DNA from: Candidatus Levybacteria bacterium RIFCSPLOWO2_02_FULL_37_18
GTDB taxonomy: Bacteria; Patescibacteriota; Microgenomatia; Levybacterales; UBA12049
Direction of reading: 5' to 3'
Assembly (NCBI GenBank): GCA_001784115.1
Contig: MFPD01000019.1
Span: 30,244-94,243 of the forward strand
Length of the DNA: 64,000 nt
Positions within the stretch are counted from its first letter, which is position 1. The number at the start of each line of letters is the position of its first letter. Shown here piece by piece: positions 10,138 through 19,708 of this stretch. The notes beneath the pieces are model-generated. The model worked only from the letters and a program-made list of their open reading frames with translations, was not told the origin of the DNA and ran no database searches. The position numbers and the translations under genes were made by a program.

Positions 10138-10775
10138 TTAATAATTGAGTTTTGCTCGTAAACCCCACGGACAGAAGTTAAAGGATATAATAGACAACCT
10201 TTTCCAAGAATCGTACCCGGATTAAGTACAGCATTAACGCCAATCTGTGAAGAATCTCCTATAATTGCGCCAAATTTTGTCAAACCGGTTTCTATTATTT
10301 TTTCTTTGTGTTTTATGGAAATCGGTTTTTGGTCGAATCTGAAATTAGCAAGTATAGCTCCACCTGCAATGTTTACTTTATTTCCGATAATGCTGTCTCC
10401 TATATAATTTAGGTGGGCAGCACACGAACCGTTAAACATGAGAGAATTTTTTACCTCTACTCCATGTCCAATGTGTACGGAATCTCCAATTACACAATTT
10501 TCCCGAAGAAACGCTGAGTGTCCAATAATACTATTTTTCCCAATAATGCAAGGCCCTGTAACAAATGCTCCGTCAAAAATTTCTGTTCCCTCTCCAATAT
10601 ATACATGTTTTTTGCCCTGATAGTTTTCTTGTACAACTCCATTTTCAAATAGAGAAATGATATACTCTTGTAAACGGCCGAGTACTTCCCAGGCCTTTTT
10701 ATCCTTGACAAAAAGGTCAGCAAAAGGAAAATCCGAAGTATCAAAAAAATCTTCTGTAAAAAATGTAGTATCCAT
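10134..10775 (-). CDS. Left-handed beta-helix acetyltransferase (GlmU C-terminal-like)
   Basis: Hexapeptide repeats; VEVKNS, HLNYIGDSIIG and KFGAIIGD motifs. Confidence 0.85.
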   Translation of the reverse strand: MDTTFFTEDFFDTSDFPFADLFVKDKKAWEVLGRLQEYIISLFENGVVQENYQGKKHVYIGEGTEIFDGAFVTGPCIIGKNSIIGHSAFLRENCVIGDSVHIGHGVEVKNSLMFNGSCAAHLNYIGDSIIGNKVNIAGGAILANFRFDQKPISIKHKEKIIETGLTKFGAIIGDSSQIGVNAVLNPGTILGKGCLLYPLTSVRGVYEQNSIIK

Positions 10776-10802
10776 ATGTAAATTATTTATTATTTACCCG
10801 AT

Positions 10803-11552
10803 TTAATCAACGCCGAATTGCTCTCTGTTTTTTAAATGTTGAACTCTTTTTAGATCCTGAGGAGAGTTAACTGCAGTCCATGGAATTTCTCCCCATTCAA
10901 TGGTTTCTATGATTTCATGATTTTTGTTTGCTACGTCAATAATATCAGTTAGATAATATTCACCACTAAAAGAACTTTTAACAATGAGAGGCAAATATTT
11001 TTTAAAGAAACTAACTTTGCCAATATAACATCCAGCATTTACTTCTTTTATTAAGCGAATTGCTTCTGTAGCATCTTTTTCTTCTATAATTGAGCTAACG
11101 TTGCCATTTTTTCTCACAATTCTTCCAATTCCTGTCGGATTATCAAGATGTATTGTGGCAAAAAGCAAAGAAGGGTCTTTTCCAAAATATGTATTAATTA
11201 CTTTTTCAAGGAGAATTGAAGAATACAATGTATCTCCATTGATAATCAGTACATATTCTGAATTTGCTGGAAGAATATCAATTCCACAAGAAACAGCGAC
11301 AGCTGTTCCCAACAAATCTTTTTGTTCCGCAAACATTACTTCGTTTGAGAATAATGACATTACTGTTTGTTTTGCAAATCCGACAACAATAACAATTGGG
11401 CTAATACCTATCTGTTTTAAATGCTCAACGTTTTGGACAATCATTGGTTTTCCAAAAACAGAAAGAGTAACTTTATTAATATTTGTTACATTCATCCGTT
11501 TTCCTTTTCCAGCAGCAAGAATTATTCCCGCAATTTTTTTATTCATTCTCAT
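10803..11552 (-). CDS. Sugar-1-phosphate nucleotidyltransferase (GlmU N-terminal-like)
   Basis: ILAAGKGKRM, LGTA, GRIVR, IIEEKDA, EVNAG and EYYLTD motifs. Confidence 0.88.
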   Translation of the reverse strand: MRMNKKIAGIILAAGKGKRMNVTNINKVTLSVFGKPMIVQNVEHLKQIGISPIVIVVGFAKQTVMSLFSNEVMFAEQKDLLGTAVAVSCGIDILPANSEYVLIINGDTLYSSILLEKVINTYFGKDPSLLFATIHLDNPTGIGRIVRKNGNVSSIIEEKDATEAIRLIKEVNAGCYIGKVSFFKKYLPLIVKSSFSGEYYLTDIIDVANKNHEIIETIEWGEIPWTAVNSPQDLKRVQHLKNREQFGVD

Positions 11553-12888
11553 CCTTAACTCTTTTTATATCTGCGCCTAAATCCTGCAATCTTTTTTCAA
11601 AACGCTCATATCCTCTATCTAAATGTTCTATGCCAAATATCACACTTTCTCCTTTCGCAGCTAGCGCAGCGAGCACGAGTGTTGCACCGGCTCTTAAATC
11701 AGAGATAAACGTAACTGCGTTATGAAGTCTAGCGGGACCATGTATTTTTATGGCGTGGTACAAATCTTTTCTGTCATCGGAAATATTAAAATTATAAAAA
11801 GACTGCGGATCAGCAACATCAGGATTAAAAAAATCTATTTTTGCGCCCATCTTTTGCAACTCCTTGGCATATCCAAACCTACTCTCATAGACAGTTTCGT
11901 GAATTACTGCCTGACCCTTTGCTTTTGTCATCAAAACCGCCCAGGGTGCCTGCCAATCAGTCATAAATCCTGGATACGACCCAGTAGTGATATTTACAGC
12001 CACAAGGTTTCCTTTTGAGTAAAAACGAATTCCCTCGTCAGTTTCCTCGTAACCTCCTCCTGCCTTAACAAAATTTTCTAAAAATTCTTTAATACTCTCT
12101 TTTCTTGCATCAAAAACAAATATATCGCCATTTGTAACCACAGCGGCAATAGCAAACGTTACGACTTCGTTTCTATCCGGCTTAATTCTAAATCGGCAAC
12201 CATGGAGCTTGTCTACCCCATTAATTTCAATTATTTTTTCTTTTATTCGTTTTATCTTTGCTCCCATTGTATTCAATAAGTCAATTAATTCATCCACTTC
12301 CGGCTCCTGGGCAGCATTTTTTAAAACGGTCTTCCCTTTTGCCAGAGAAGCTGCAATAATAAGCGTTTCTGTACCTGTGTGGGTGTTTTTTTCAAACGAA
12401 TACTCTGTCCCTTGTAAAAAATGCTTTTGAGGAGTTAAGGTTTTTGCATAAAAATAACCATCAGTACTTTTGTATTTAATTTCTGCGCCCAATTTTTTCA
12501 ACCCTTCAATAATCCTATCTATTGGCCGAGCCCCAATTCTGCAACCACCAGGATTTGGAACCTCAGCTTTTCCAAACCGAGCCAAAAGAGGAGCTAAAAG
12601 CATAAGTGAAGAACGAATTTCGGCGGATTTTTCAAAGGAAATTTTTGTTTTTTGAATATTTGACGCCCTAACAAATACCGTATGGTCTTCAATCCTAACT
12701 GTTCCTCCCATTTCCCGTATCAAGTCAACCATAACAAAAAAATCAGAAATGAAAGGAACATTTTCAATAATAATTTCATCTTCTGTTAAACATGCCGCAA
12801 CCAAAGCTTTTAAAGCAACATTTTTTGCGCCCGAAACCTGCATAGACCCGGTAAGCTTTTTCCCTCCGTTTATAATAAATTTTTCCAT
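11539..12888 (-). CDS. murA: UDP-N-acetylglucosamine enolpyruvyl transferase
   Basis: GAKN, PGGCRIGARPID, PGFMTDWQ, DLRAG and HLDRGYE motifs. Confidence 0.96.
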   Translation of the reverse strand: MEKFIINGGKKLTGSMQVSGAKNVALKALVAACLTEDEIIIENVPFISDFFVMVDLIREMGGTVRIEDHTVFVRASNIQKTKISFEKSAEIRSSLMLLAPLLARFGKAEVPNPGGCRIGARPIDRIIEGLKKLGAEIKYKSTDGYFYAKTLTPQKHFLQGTEYSFEKNTHTGTETLIIAASLAKGKTVLKNAAQEPEVDELIDLLNTMGAKIKRIKEKIIEINGVDKLHGCRFRIKPDRNEVVTFAIAAVVTNGDIFVFDARKESIKEFLENFVKAGGGYEETDEGIRFYSKGNLVAVNITTGSYPGFMTDWQAPWAVLMTKAKGQAVIHETVYESRFGYAKELQKMGAKIDFFNPDVADPQSFYNFNISDDRKDLYHAIKIHGPARLHNAVTFISDLRAGATLVLAALAAKGESVIFGIEHLDRGYERFEKRLQDLGADIKRVKDENE

Positions 12889-12890
12889 AA

Positions 12891-13787
12891 TCAGTTTCCT
12901 ATAATACGTATTTCATACACGAAATCAACTCCGAATTTTTCTCGTATCTCTTGTTTTATGAGTTTTGTTAACGTAACCACATCTTTAGTATAAACTCCTC
13001 CTAGATTTATTATAAAACGTTCATCTGTATGAGCGATCATAGCCATTCCTACTCTTTTTCCTTTTAAACCAGCTTTATCAATAATATTTTGTGGGAGCGA
13101 AATATTTCTGTATGTGCATCCTATATATCCTCCTTTTTGTTGAGAATTTGTCCGAGACGCCAGCACAAAAGCACCTATTTTTCTTAATACCTCTTTATCT
13201 CCTGGTGTAAGACTAAAAACAACTGACAAAATAATTTCTCCTGTATCCCAAAGCTTTGATCTGCCGTTTTCAAACCGAACATACGATGCGTCAACCTCCC
13301 GTATTGTTCCGTCTTTTAATATAAGTTTTGCGCTTTGTAACCCGTCTGAAACATGCGCATGTTTTTCAGGAAAACTTGAGTTCATATAAATTCCACCCCC
13401 AACTGTTCCGGGAAGGCCTAAGTTATATTCAAATCCCAACAGTCCATTTTCTATAGCTGCTTTTACTAATTGATTCATAATTACTCCTGACTGCGCTTCA
13501 ACAGTATTACCTTTTATTTCAAACTTTCTGCAATTATTTTTTATAACAAGTCCTTTTACTCCTTTTTCGGAAACTATGACATTTGATCCTCCGCCTAAAA
13601 CAAAAACAGGCAGACCATTCTTAATTGCAACATGTATAACAGAAACAAATTCTTCTATTGTTTGTACATCTGCGTAAAACTCTGCCGGGCCTCCGGTTCT
13701 AAACGTCGTATGTAAAGAAAGCGGTTCCATAACTTTTACCCTGTTTTTTCCTAAAATTTCTTCTAATTCTAAACGAGCATTATTCAT
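12891..13787 (-). CDS. murB: UDP-N-acetylmuramate dehydrogenase (divergent)
   Basis: HTTFRTGGPA, LGGGSN and GLPGTVGG FAD-binding motifs; start moved to ATG 13787. Confidence 0.85.
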   Translation of the reverse strand: MNNARLELEEILGKNRVKVMEPLSLHTTFRTGGPAEFYADVQTIEEFVSVIHVAIKNGLPVFVLGGGSNVIVSEKGVKGLVIKNNCRKFEIKGNTVEAQSGVIMNQLVKAAIENGLLGFEYNLGLPGTVGGGIYMNSSFPEKHAHVSDGLQSAKLILKDGTIREVDASYVRFENGRSKLWDTGEIILSVVFSLTPGDKEVLRKIGAFVLASRTNSQQKGGYIGCTYRNISLPQNIIDKAGLKGKRVGMAMIAHTDERFIINLGGVYTKDVVTLTKLIKQEIREKFGVDFVYEIRIIGN

Positions 13788-15204
13788 GTTTAACCGTAAC
13801 AACTTCTTTACCTATCGTATACACATCCCCGGCACCCATGGTAAGCAGTATCCAGTCAGAATCATAGTATTTTTGACCTATATATTTTACCACATCCGAC
13901 AGCTCAGGCAAAAACATAATTTGAGCATGAAATTTACTCAATGCCTCAGCTAATGAACGTGAATCTACGGAAGAATCTGGCTTCTCTCTTTGGGAAGCAT
14001 AAATATTGGTTATAATCACTTCATCTGCATCAGAAAAAGAGTGAATAAATTGATCGAATAATATTTTTGTTCGAGAATAAGTGTGCGGTTGAAAAATACA
14101 AACTATTTTGCTTTTGGAAAATCGTTTTCTAAACCCTAATAAAGTCTTTTTTACCTCAGTAGGATGATGACCGTAATCGTCAAATACTAAAGCTCCTTTG
14201 TCTGTTTTACCAATAAATTCTGCTCTTCGTTTTAAGCCTGCAAATGTACGTATACTTCGCCTAATATTTTCGACTCCGATTCCCATCTGCAACGAACATA
14301 TTATTGAAGCTAAAGCATTAAGAGCATTATGTTCACCAGTTACTCCAATAGCAAACTCTCCCAATGATGTACTCTTAGTTTCGACCCAAAAAAACATGTG
14401 ATCGTCTCTTACAGAAACATTTTTTAAAAAAAAATCATTTCGCGAAGAAAATCCGTATCTGATTACCTCTCCTTTGTACCTCTTAAACAATGTATCAACA
14501 TTTTTATCATCTCCATAAGCTATTAATAAACCATTATGTTCAAAAGACTTCACAAATTGAAAAAAAGCCTCTACAACTGCTTCCTCTGAATTATAAATAT
14601 CCGGATGATCAAGCTCAATATTGGTAATAATTGCAATCTTTGGCTTCTGCCACAAAAATTTAGGAGTTTTGTCATACGTAGGCTCTGTTGCGTATTCATC
14701 AGCTTCGACAATAAAATGTCTTCCTTTACCAAAGTGTCCTGGTGTAGGTAAAGTAGGAATATGTGAAGTACCTATTACGTACGAAGGATCAAGGTTATTT
14801 TGAAAAAAAATAGTTGCAATTATCGAAGTTGTAGTGGTTTTGCCGTGTGAACCTGTAATGGAAATGCCTTCAATATCACTCCGTGCCACCAAACTCCCAT
14901 TCATAAACGCTCCTACTGCCTGACCTTGTGTAAGTACTTTTACGCCAAGCGCCTTTGCAGTTTTTACTTCTTCGTTGTCAAATCCACCATGCGCACTCGT
15001 TGTTATAACAAGATCAATATTTTTAACATGTCCTTTTGAAAAACCTATCAAAGGTTGTATGCCGCTTTTATCCAATGCTTCGTCCGTTATAAAGGTTTTA
15101 TCAATATCACAACCGCTTACTTCAAATCCAGCTTCTTTTGCCAGTATTGCCAAAGGCGTCATCCCAACTCCTTTAATGCCGACAAAATGTATTTTTTTAC
15201 TCAT
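13780..15204 (-). CDS. murC: UDP-N-acetylmuramate--alanine ligase
   Basis: HFVGIKGVGM, GSHGKTTT, EADE, DDYGHHPTE and FQPHTYSRT motifs. Confidence 0.96.
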   Translation of the reverse strand: MSKKIHFVGIKGVGMTPLAILAKEAGFEVSGCDIDKTFITDEALDKSGIQPLIGFSKGHVKNIDLVITTSAHGGFDNEEVKTAKALGVKVLTQGQAVGAFMNGSLVARSDIEGISITGSHGKTTTTSIIATIFFQNNLDPSYVIGTSHIPTLPTPGHFGKGRHFIVEADEYATEPTYDKTPKFLWQKPKIAIITNIELDHPDIYNSEEAVVEAFFQFVKSFEHNGLLIAYGDDKNVDTLFKRYKGEVIRYGFSSRNDFFLKNVSVRDDHMFFWVETKSTSLGEFAIGVTGEHNALNALASIICSLQMGIGVENIRRSIRTFAGLKRRAEFIGKTDKGALVFDDYGHHPTEVKKTLLGFRKRFSKSKIVCIFQPHTYSRTKILFDQFIHSFSDADEVIITNIYASQREKPDSSVDSRSLAEALSKFHAQIMFLPELSDVVKYIGQKYYDSDWILLTMGAGDVYTIGKEVVTVKHE

Positions 15205-15911
15205 ATCATTCCAATAAAGGTTGCAAATTCACCAAATGTTTTATTTGAGTCTTTTCTGTACGAAAAAAATTGTTCGTTATTACAAGATGTACACAAATTT
15301 ACTCGTTCTATATTTTTATTTTGAACTTTAAATTGTTTTAAGATTTGAAGAACAATAGACTGCAAATCTAAAAAATACAAAGCATGTTTTTTTTGAAAAA
15401 AATTTTTAAAGCCAGGGTACCTTTGTTTAAACTGTTCAATCCTGTCTTTACTTACATCATAACAACAAACACCAATCGACGGTCCGATTCCTATCTTAAT
15501 ATTTGATAACTCACTCCCAAGTTTTATGAATTTTTTTATCATGTTTTCTACTATTCCCAAAAGAATTCCTTTGTACCCAGCGTGAACAACTCCGATAATC
15601 TTTTTAACAGAATCGTACATCACTATTGGTACACAATCCGCAGTAACCGCAAGGAGCACTTTATTTTTTTCTTGAGTAATGAGTCCGTCCGTATTGAAAA
15701 TTTCTGAAGCTGAATCCTTTTTAACTATTTCAATGTTGGTGGTGTGTTTTTGAACCATATACGTTATTTGTTTGGAACTCCCAATCACATGCGAAAGTTG
15801 TTCTATAAATCTCCTATCGAACTTATTGCCATGCTTAACACTCCCCACTGCCCTCGTTGAAAAACCAGCCAGCGCAAAAGGAAAATAATACACTCCGTTT
15901 GATTTTTTCAT
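15201..15911 (-). CDS. pgeF: PgeF/YfiH family protein
   Basis: DGLIT, TADCVP, HAGYKG, GPSI, CT and FFSYR motifs. Confidence 0.9.
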   Translation of the reverse strand: MKKSNGVYYFPFALAGFSTRAVGSVKHGNKFDRRFIEQLSHVIGSSKQITYMVQKHTTNIEIVKKDSASEIFNTDGLITQEKNKVLLAVTADCVPIVMYDSVKKIIGVVHAGYKGILLGIVENMIKKFIKLGSELSNIKIGIGPSIGVCCYDVSKDRIEQFKQRYPGFKNFFQKKHALYFLDLQSIVLQILKQFKVQNKNIERVNLCTSCNNEQFFSYRKDSNKTFGEFATFIGMI

Positions 15912-17134
15912 TCTAATGCTTTCAAAACTGTTTTGTGCTCGCTCCAGGGTATTTCTTTTCCATGGTAACTCATGGAAGTCTCATGTCCTTTTCCGCACAA
16001 AAGAATAATGTCTCCTTTTTTTGCCAATTTCTTGATTATAAACTCAATTGCCTCTTTTCTATTTGGAATTTTAAAAAATACGTGTTCTCCATTCTGAATT
16101 CTTAATTCTAAACTCTGAACTAATCTTGCTCCTGCTTCTTCACAACCTTCTGCTATTTCAGCAATAATCTTGTCTGAATCCTCAAATCGCGGGTCTTCAT
16201 CGGTAAGCACGGTAATATCTGCAAGCCTGCCGCTTATTCTTCCCATCATGGGCCGTTTTAAAACATCCCTTTCACTTGCGCACCCGTACATGACAATAAT
16301 TCTTCCTTTTTCCTTTATATCAAAAGCAGTATTAAGCAGCGCCTCTAAAGCATCCGGCTTATGAGCAAAATCTATGATGATTGTAAAGCCTTTTGTATTG
16401 GGAATTTCTTCAAACCTTCCGGGAATTCCACTAAATCTCTCTAGACTTCCTTTAATTATTTGATTCGGAACATTAAGTATCAAACCAACAGCTGCGGCTG
16501 CTAATGCGTTTTTGATATTAAATTCTCCCGGCATTTTTAATTTAAATTTCCATTTTTCTTCTGCTTCATCTCCTTTTTTTAAACCAAATGTAACTGCTTT
16601 GTTGAGTATCTTATTGAAACTAACAGTAGAACAAACACTCCCTGGGATTCCGTCATAAGGAACAACTGTATGTTTTGCGTTAAGCAATAGTTTGAACTTG
16701 GCTTTAGCATAATTTTTAAAAGTTTTATGATAATCTAGATGTTCATGTGCAAGTGTGGTCAAAACGCCAATGAAAAAATTAATACATGCAACTCTGTTTT
16801 GATCTAATGCATGCGAAGAAACTTCTATAACAAAATACGTATCTCCGGCTTGTTTTGCCATTTTTAAATATTTTGGTAAATTCTCTGGATCAGGAGTAGT
16901 TACATGAAACCCTGTATCATAGCTCTTTCCGCCAATTTCAGCGTGAATACTTGATATCATCGAAACCCTAAATCCATTACTTTTGAGCATTTCATAAATC
17001 ATGTGTGTCGTTGTTGTCTTTCCGCTTGTGCCCGTAACTCCGATTACTCTTAATCCTTCTGAAGGAAATCCATAATATATATTCGCCAAAAAAGCCACAC
17101 CGAGATGATACAAGTTTTTAACCACTTGCCACAT
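15908..17134 (-). CDS. murE: UDP-N-acetylmuramoyl-tripeptide synthetase
   Basis: GVTGTSGKTTT, EVSSH, HEHLDYH, DFAHKPD, DEDPR and GKGHE motifs; start moved to ATG 17134. Confidence 0.93.
   Translation of the reverse strand: MWQVVKNLYHLGVAFLANIYYGFPSEGLRVIGVTGTSGKTTTTHMIYEMLKSNGFRVSMISSIHAEIGGKSYDTGFHVTTPDPENLPKYLKMAKQAGDTYFVIEVSSHALDQNRVACINFFIGVLTTLAHEHLDYHKTFKNYAKAKFKLLLNAKHTVVPYDGIPGSVCSTVSFNKILNKAVTFGLKKGDEAEEKWKFKLKMPGEFNIKNALAAAAVGLILNVPNQIIKGSLERFSGIPGRFEEIPNTKGFTIIIDFAHKPDALEALLNTAFDIKEKGRIIVMYGCASERDVLKRPMMGRISGRLADITVLTDEDPRFEDSDKIIAEIAEGCEEAGARLVQSLELRIQNGEHVFFKIPNRKEAIEFIIKKLAKKGDIILLCGKGHETSMSYHGKEIPWSEHKTVLKALE
16091..16121. repeat. Degenerate A(T/C)TCTNA heptamer x4 inside murE
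   Basis: attctga attctta attctaa actctga; encodes VQSLELRIQN. Confidence 0.65.
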
Positions 17135-17181
17135 ATGTGTATTATACCTGTTGGGCAAGAACCAGCACAAATGGAGTTTTG

Positions 17182-17841
17182 CTATTTTAAGAGAATATGG
17201 ATTCGGGACTGGGTGAGATTTGTCAGATATTTCAGTTGTGTTTTCATTTCGACTTGATATGTTTTAGACCCGGTATCATATAGTAATGGAGGAGAAATAA
17301 GATACTCAGAAGCTCCTCCGCTCATGGTGACTTCGGAATTCCAAACCGGATGTTTGTCAGTTGTGTTAAACAATCTTACTGTTACACTTTGGTTTGCAGT
17401 TGGGACATTTACAGAAGCTTCGAATCGAATTTCTTTTATGTTTTGATAGTTGTCAAAATCAACTTTTGCCAAAGCACCAGGCACATCTGCAAACTCACTT
17501 GTTTGATTTGTCCCAGATCCCAAAGGAATAAAATAATCTTTCACCAACGAGTTAGATTGAATATTTGTTTGAAATACTGATGTTGGAATAAGAGTAGGTG
17601 GAACTTGAGTTGGGATAACCGTGATAACTACAGGAACTGAAGTAACGGTCACAACTGTCAAACTACTGGGAGTCAAAGAACCATTCTGAAATTGTTTGTT
17701 AAAAAATGTGTAATTTAAGTACAAAATATTTAACAGCAGAACGAAAATCAAAACTCCAACTGTGGCAAAAGCAAATCTTACTTCTTTTTCATCCCGCATC
17801 AAACGGACCTGTATCAATCTATCCTTTATACCTTTTATCAT
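17182..17841 (-). CDS. Hypothetical membrane-anchored protein with P/T-rich linker
   Basis: One N-terminal TM helix, a PT-rich stalk and a C-terminal beta-rich domain. Confidence 0.75.
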   Translation of the reverse strand: MIKGIKDRLIQVRLMRDEKEVRFAFATVGVLIFVLLLNILYLNYTFFNKQFQNGSLTPSSLTVVTVTSVPVVITVIPTQVPPTLIPTSVFQTNIQSNSLVKDYFIPLGSGTNQTSEFADVPGALAKVDFDNYQNIKEIRFEASVNVPTANQSVTVRLFNTTDKHPVWNSEVTMSGGASEYLISPPLLYDTGSKTYQVEMKTQLKYLTNLTQSRIHILLK

Positions 17842-17929
17842 TCCATTTTTAGTCTATAGAAATGATGGGAAAAAGTAAAGGAAAAATAGTGTAACAAACA
17901 CATCATTCATGATGATACTATCAGAAGGC

Positions 17930-18078
17930 TTATTTCGCATCTTTTATTTCGAGAGTTTTGTGGTTTGCAGTAACTTCAACCTTTTGCCCTCTTCTTCTCC
18001 AACCCAATTTTCTAAGAAGAGTCTTGGGAATCGCCACCACACCCAAATATTTCCCTAATGCAATAATTTTCGAATCAT
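17930..18078 (-). pseudogene. Frameshifted AbrB/MazE/SpoVT-like small DNA-binding protein
   Basis: 149 nt; adding one A to the A4 run near the start gives MIRKIIALGKYLGVVAIPKTLLRKLGWRRRGQKVEVTANHKTLEIKDAK*. Confidence 0.6.
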
Positions 18079-18206
18079 ACTTTTAGTCTAATTAGTCTAT
18101 ACAGACATTCTACGGGCATAATCTTATTATAACAGATACTGACTATTGTAAGAATACTTTAAAAGATATATTATTCAATTAATTGTTAGTTTATAAACTG
18201 CGTAGG

Positions 18207-18839
18207 ATGAATAAATTGTTTTTTGATATCGAAACACTTCCGGCCGCAAAAGAAGTACATGTTGTTCTTCAAGAAATTTACGATAAAAGAAAAAATGATG
18301 GGAAAAAAGTAAAAGAATTTATTGAATTTGTGGAAGACACGTCTTTTGATGGTGCTTTTGGAAGAATTTGCTGTATTTCTTATGGTATAAATGACGATAC
18401 TCTAAAAACTATATGCGGAGAAGAAAAAGAAATGCTTATCGAGTTTTGGAAAATTGCAAAAAATATTGATCTTTTTGTTGGCTTTAATATTATTGATTTT
18501 GACATGCGCTTTATTTTACAGCGCTCTGTTATTTGGGGAGTAAAACCTACAAAAGAACTGAGTTTTGCCAGATACAGAAGCTTTCCCATGTTTGATCTTA
18601 TGTATGAATGGTCTAAGTGGAACACACAGGATAAAATTTCTTTGGATACGTTAGCAAAAGCTCTGGGTTTGCCAAGTTCTAAAGGAGGAACAATCGAAGG
18701 AAAAGACGTTGCAAAAGCTTATGAAGAAGGCCGCATAAAAGAAATATGCTATTATTGCGAAAAAGATGTGGAGTTGACGAGGAAAATATATAAGAAAGTT
18801 GCTTTTGAAGATTCCCCGGAAGAAGATATACCATTTTAA
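18207..18839 (+). CDS. PolB-related DEDD 3'-5' exonuclease (RNase H-like)
   Basis: FFDIET, GFNIIDFD and YCEKDV motifs; start moved to ATG 18207. Confidence 0.85.
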   Translation: MNKLFFDIETLPAAKEVHVVLQEIYDKRKNDGKKVKEFIEFVEDTSFDGAFGRICCISYGINDDTLKTICGEEKEMLIEFWKIAKNIDLFVGFNIIDFDMRFILQRSVIWGVKPTKELSFARYRSFPMFDLMYEWSKWNTQDKISLDTLAKALGLPSSKGGTIEGKDVAKAYEEGRIKEICYYCEKDVELTRKIYKKVAFEDSPEEDIPF

Positions 18840-18879
18840 GCCTACAAATAATTTTTCTTTCCTGTTATACTAATATTGT

Positions 18880-19449
18880 ATGGAAGATTCTTCGGAGAAG
18901 AATACGAAAGAACAAACCACGGAAGTGTGTCCGAAGTGTGGGAGTACGCTTGAACCAACAACAGAAACGAGAACCGGACGAAAATTGCAGAGATGTTCTA
19001 CTGGTTCGTGGGATTCTGAGAAACGAGAAAACATCGGGTGTGACTTCATAAAATGGTTTGATGTAGAACCGCAAACATTAGATGAAAAATGTCCAAAATG
19101 CGGATCTCCTCTTATTTTGACAACAACTCGTTTTGGCAAGAAAATGAAAAAATGCTCAACGAATGTTTGGGATAAAGACGCAAAAAAAGCAGTTGGATGC
19201 GATTATATTGAATGGATAAACGGGATAACTGAACTTCTCGATGAAGAATGTCCGCAGTGCCAATCAAAGCTTGTTCTTTTTACTACAAATACCGGTAAAA
19301 AAATGAAGAAATGTTCTACTGCCGGATGGGACAGAGAAGCACGAAAACCAACCGGGTGCACCTATATAGTTTGGCTCAAAGCAAGCGATTATCCTAAACC
19401 TAATAACAGTAGAGGAGAGGAATTCCTACCACCCCAACCTCAAGAATAA
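18880..19449 (+). CDS. Stand-alone triple topoisomerase-I-type C4 zinc-ribbon protein
   Basis: Three repeats of CPxCxxxL...TxxGxKxxxCST..WD......GCxxIxW. Confidence 0.82.
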   Translation: MEDSSEKNTKEQTTEVCPKCGSTLEPTTETRTGRKLQRCSTGSWDSEKRENIGCDFIKWFDVEPQTLDEKCPKCGSPLILTTTRFGKKMKKCSTNVWDKDAKKAVGCDYIEWINGITELLDEECPQCQSKLVLFTTNTGKKMKKCSTAGWDREARKPTGCTYIVWLKASDYPKPNNSRGEEFLPPQPQE

Positions 19450-19452
19450 AAG

Positions 19453-19707
19453 ATGTCTATGATTACCATTTACAAAATCGAGCATTGCCCTTACTGCAAA
19501 CGAGTAGAGGACTGGGTCAAAGAAAATATACCCAGTGTACCGATTAAGTGGGTTCTCGAACCATCCATGCACGACCAAAGAAAACAAACAATCGCAGTCT
19601 CCGGCCAAAGCTTTGTCCCGACCATGAAAGATGACGAGACTAAAACTGTTATTGCAGATGATGACGAAGAAATAATCCAATACTTAAAGAAAAAGTTCAA
19701 TAAATAA
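19453..19707 (+). CDS. Glutaredoxin-like protein
   Basis: CPYC active site and VP cis-Pro motif (SGQSFVP). Confidence 0.85.
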   Translation: MSMITIYKIEHCPYCKRVEDWVKENIPSVPIKWVLEPSMHDQRKQTIAVSGQSFVPTMKDDETKTVIADDDEEIIQYLKKKFNK

Positions 19708-19708
19708 A

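Noticed and set aside
11101-11580. 159-aa plus-strand ORF, and similar short antisense ORFs such as 33509-34060, 37886-38254 and 58631-59011
   Set aside because: They overlap well-supported minus-strand genes and have no independent evidence
18880-19449. Internal DNA repeats as a mobile or regulatory array
   Set aside because: Explained by the three protein-level zinc-ribbon repeats
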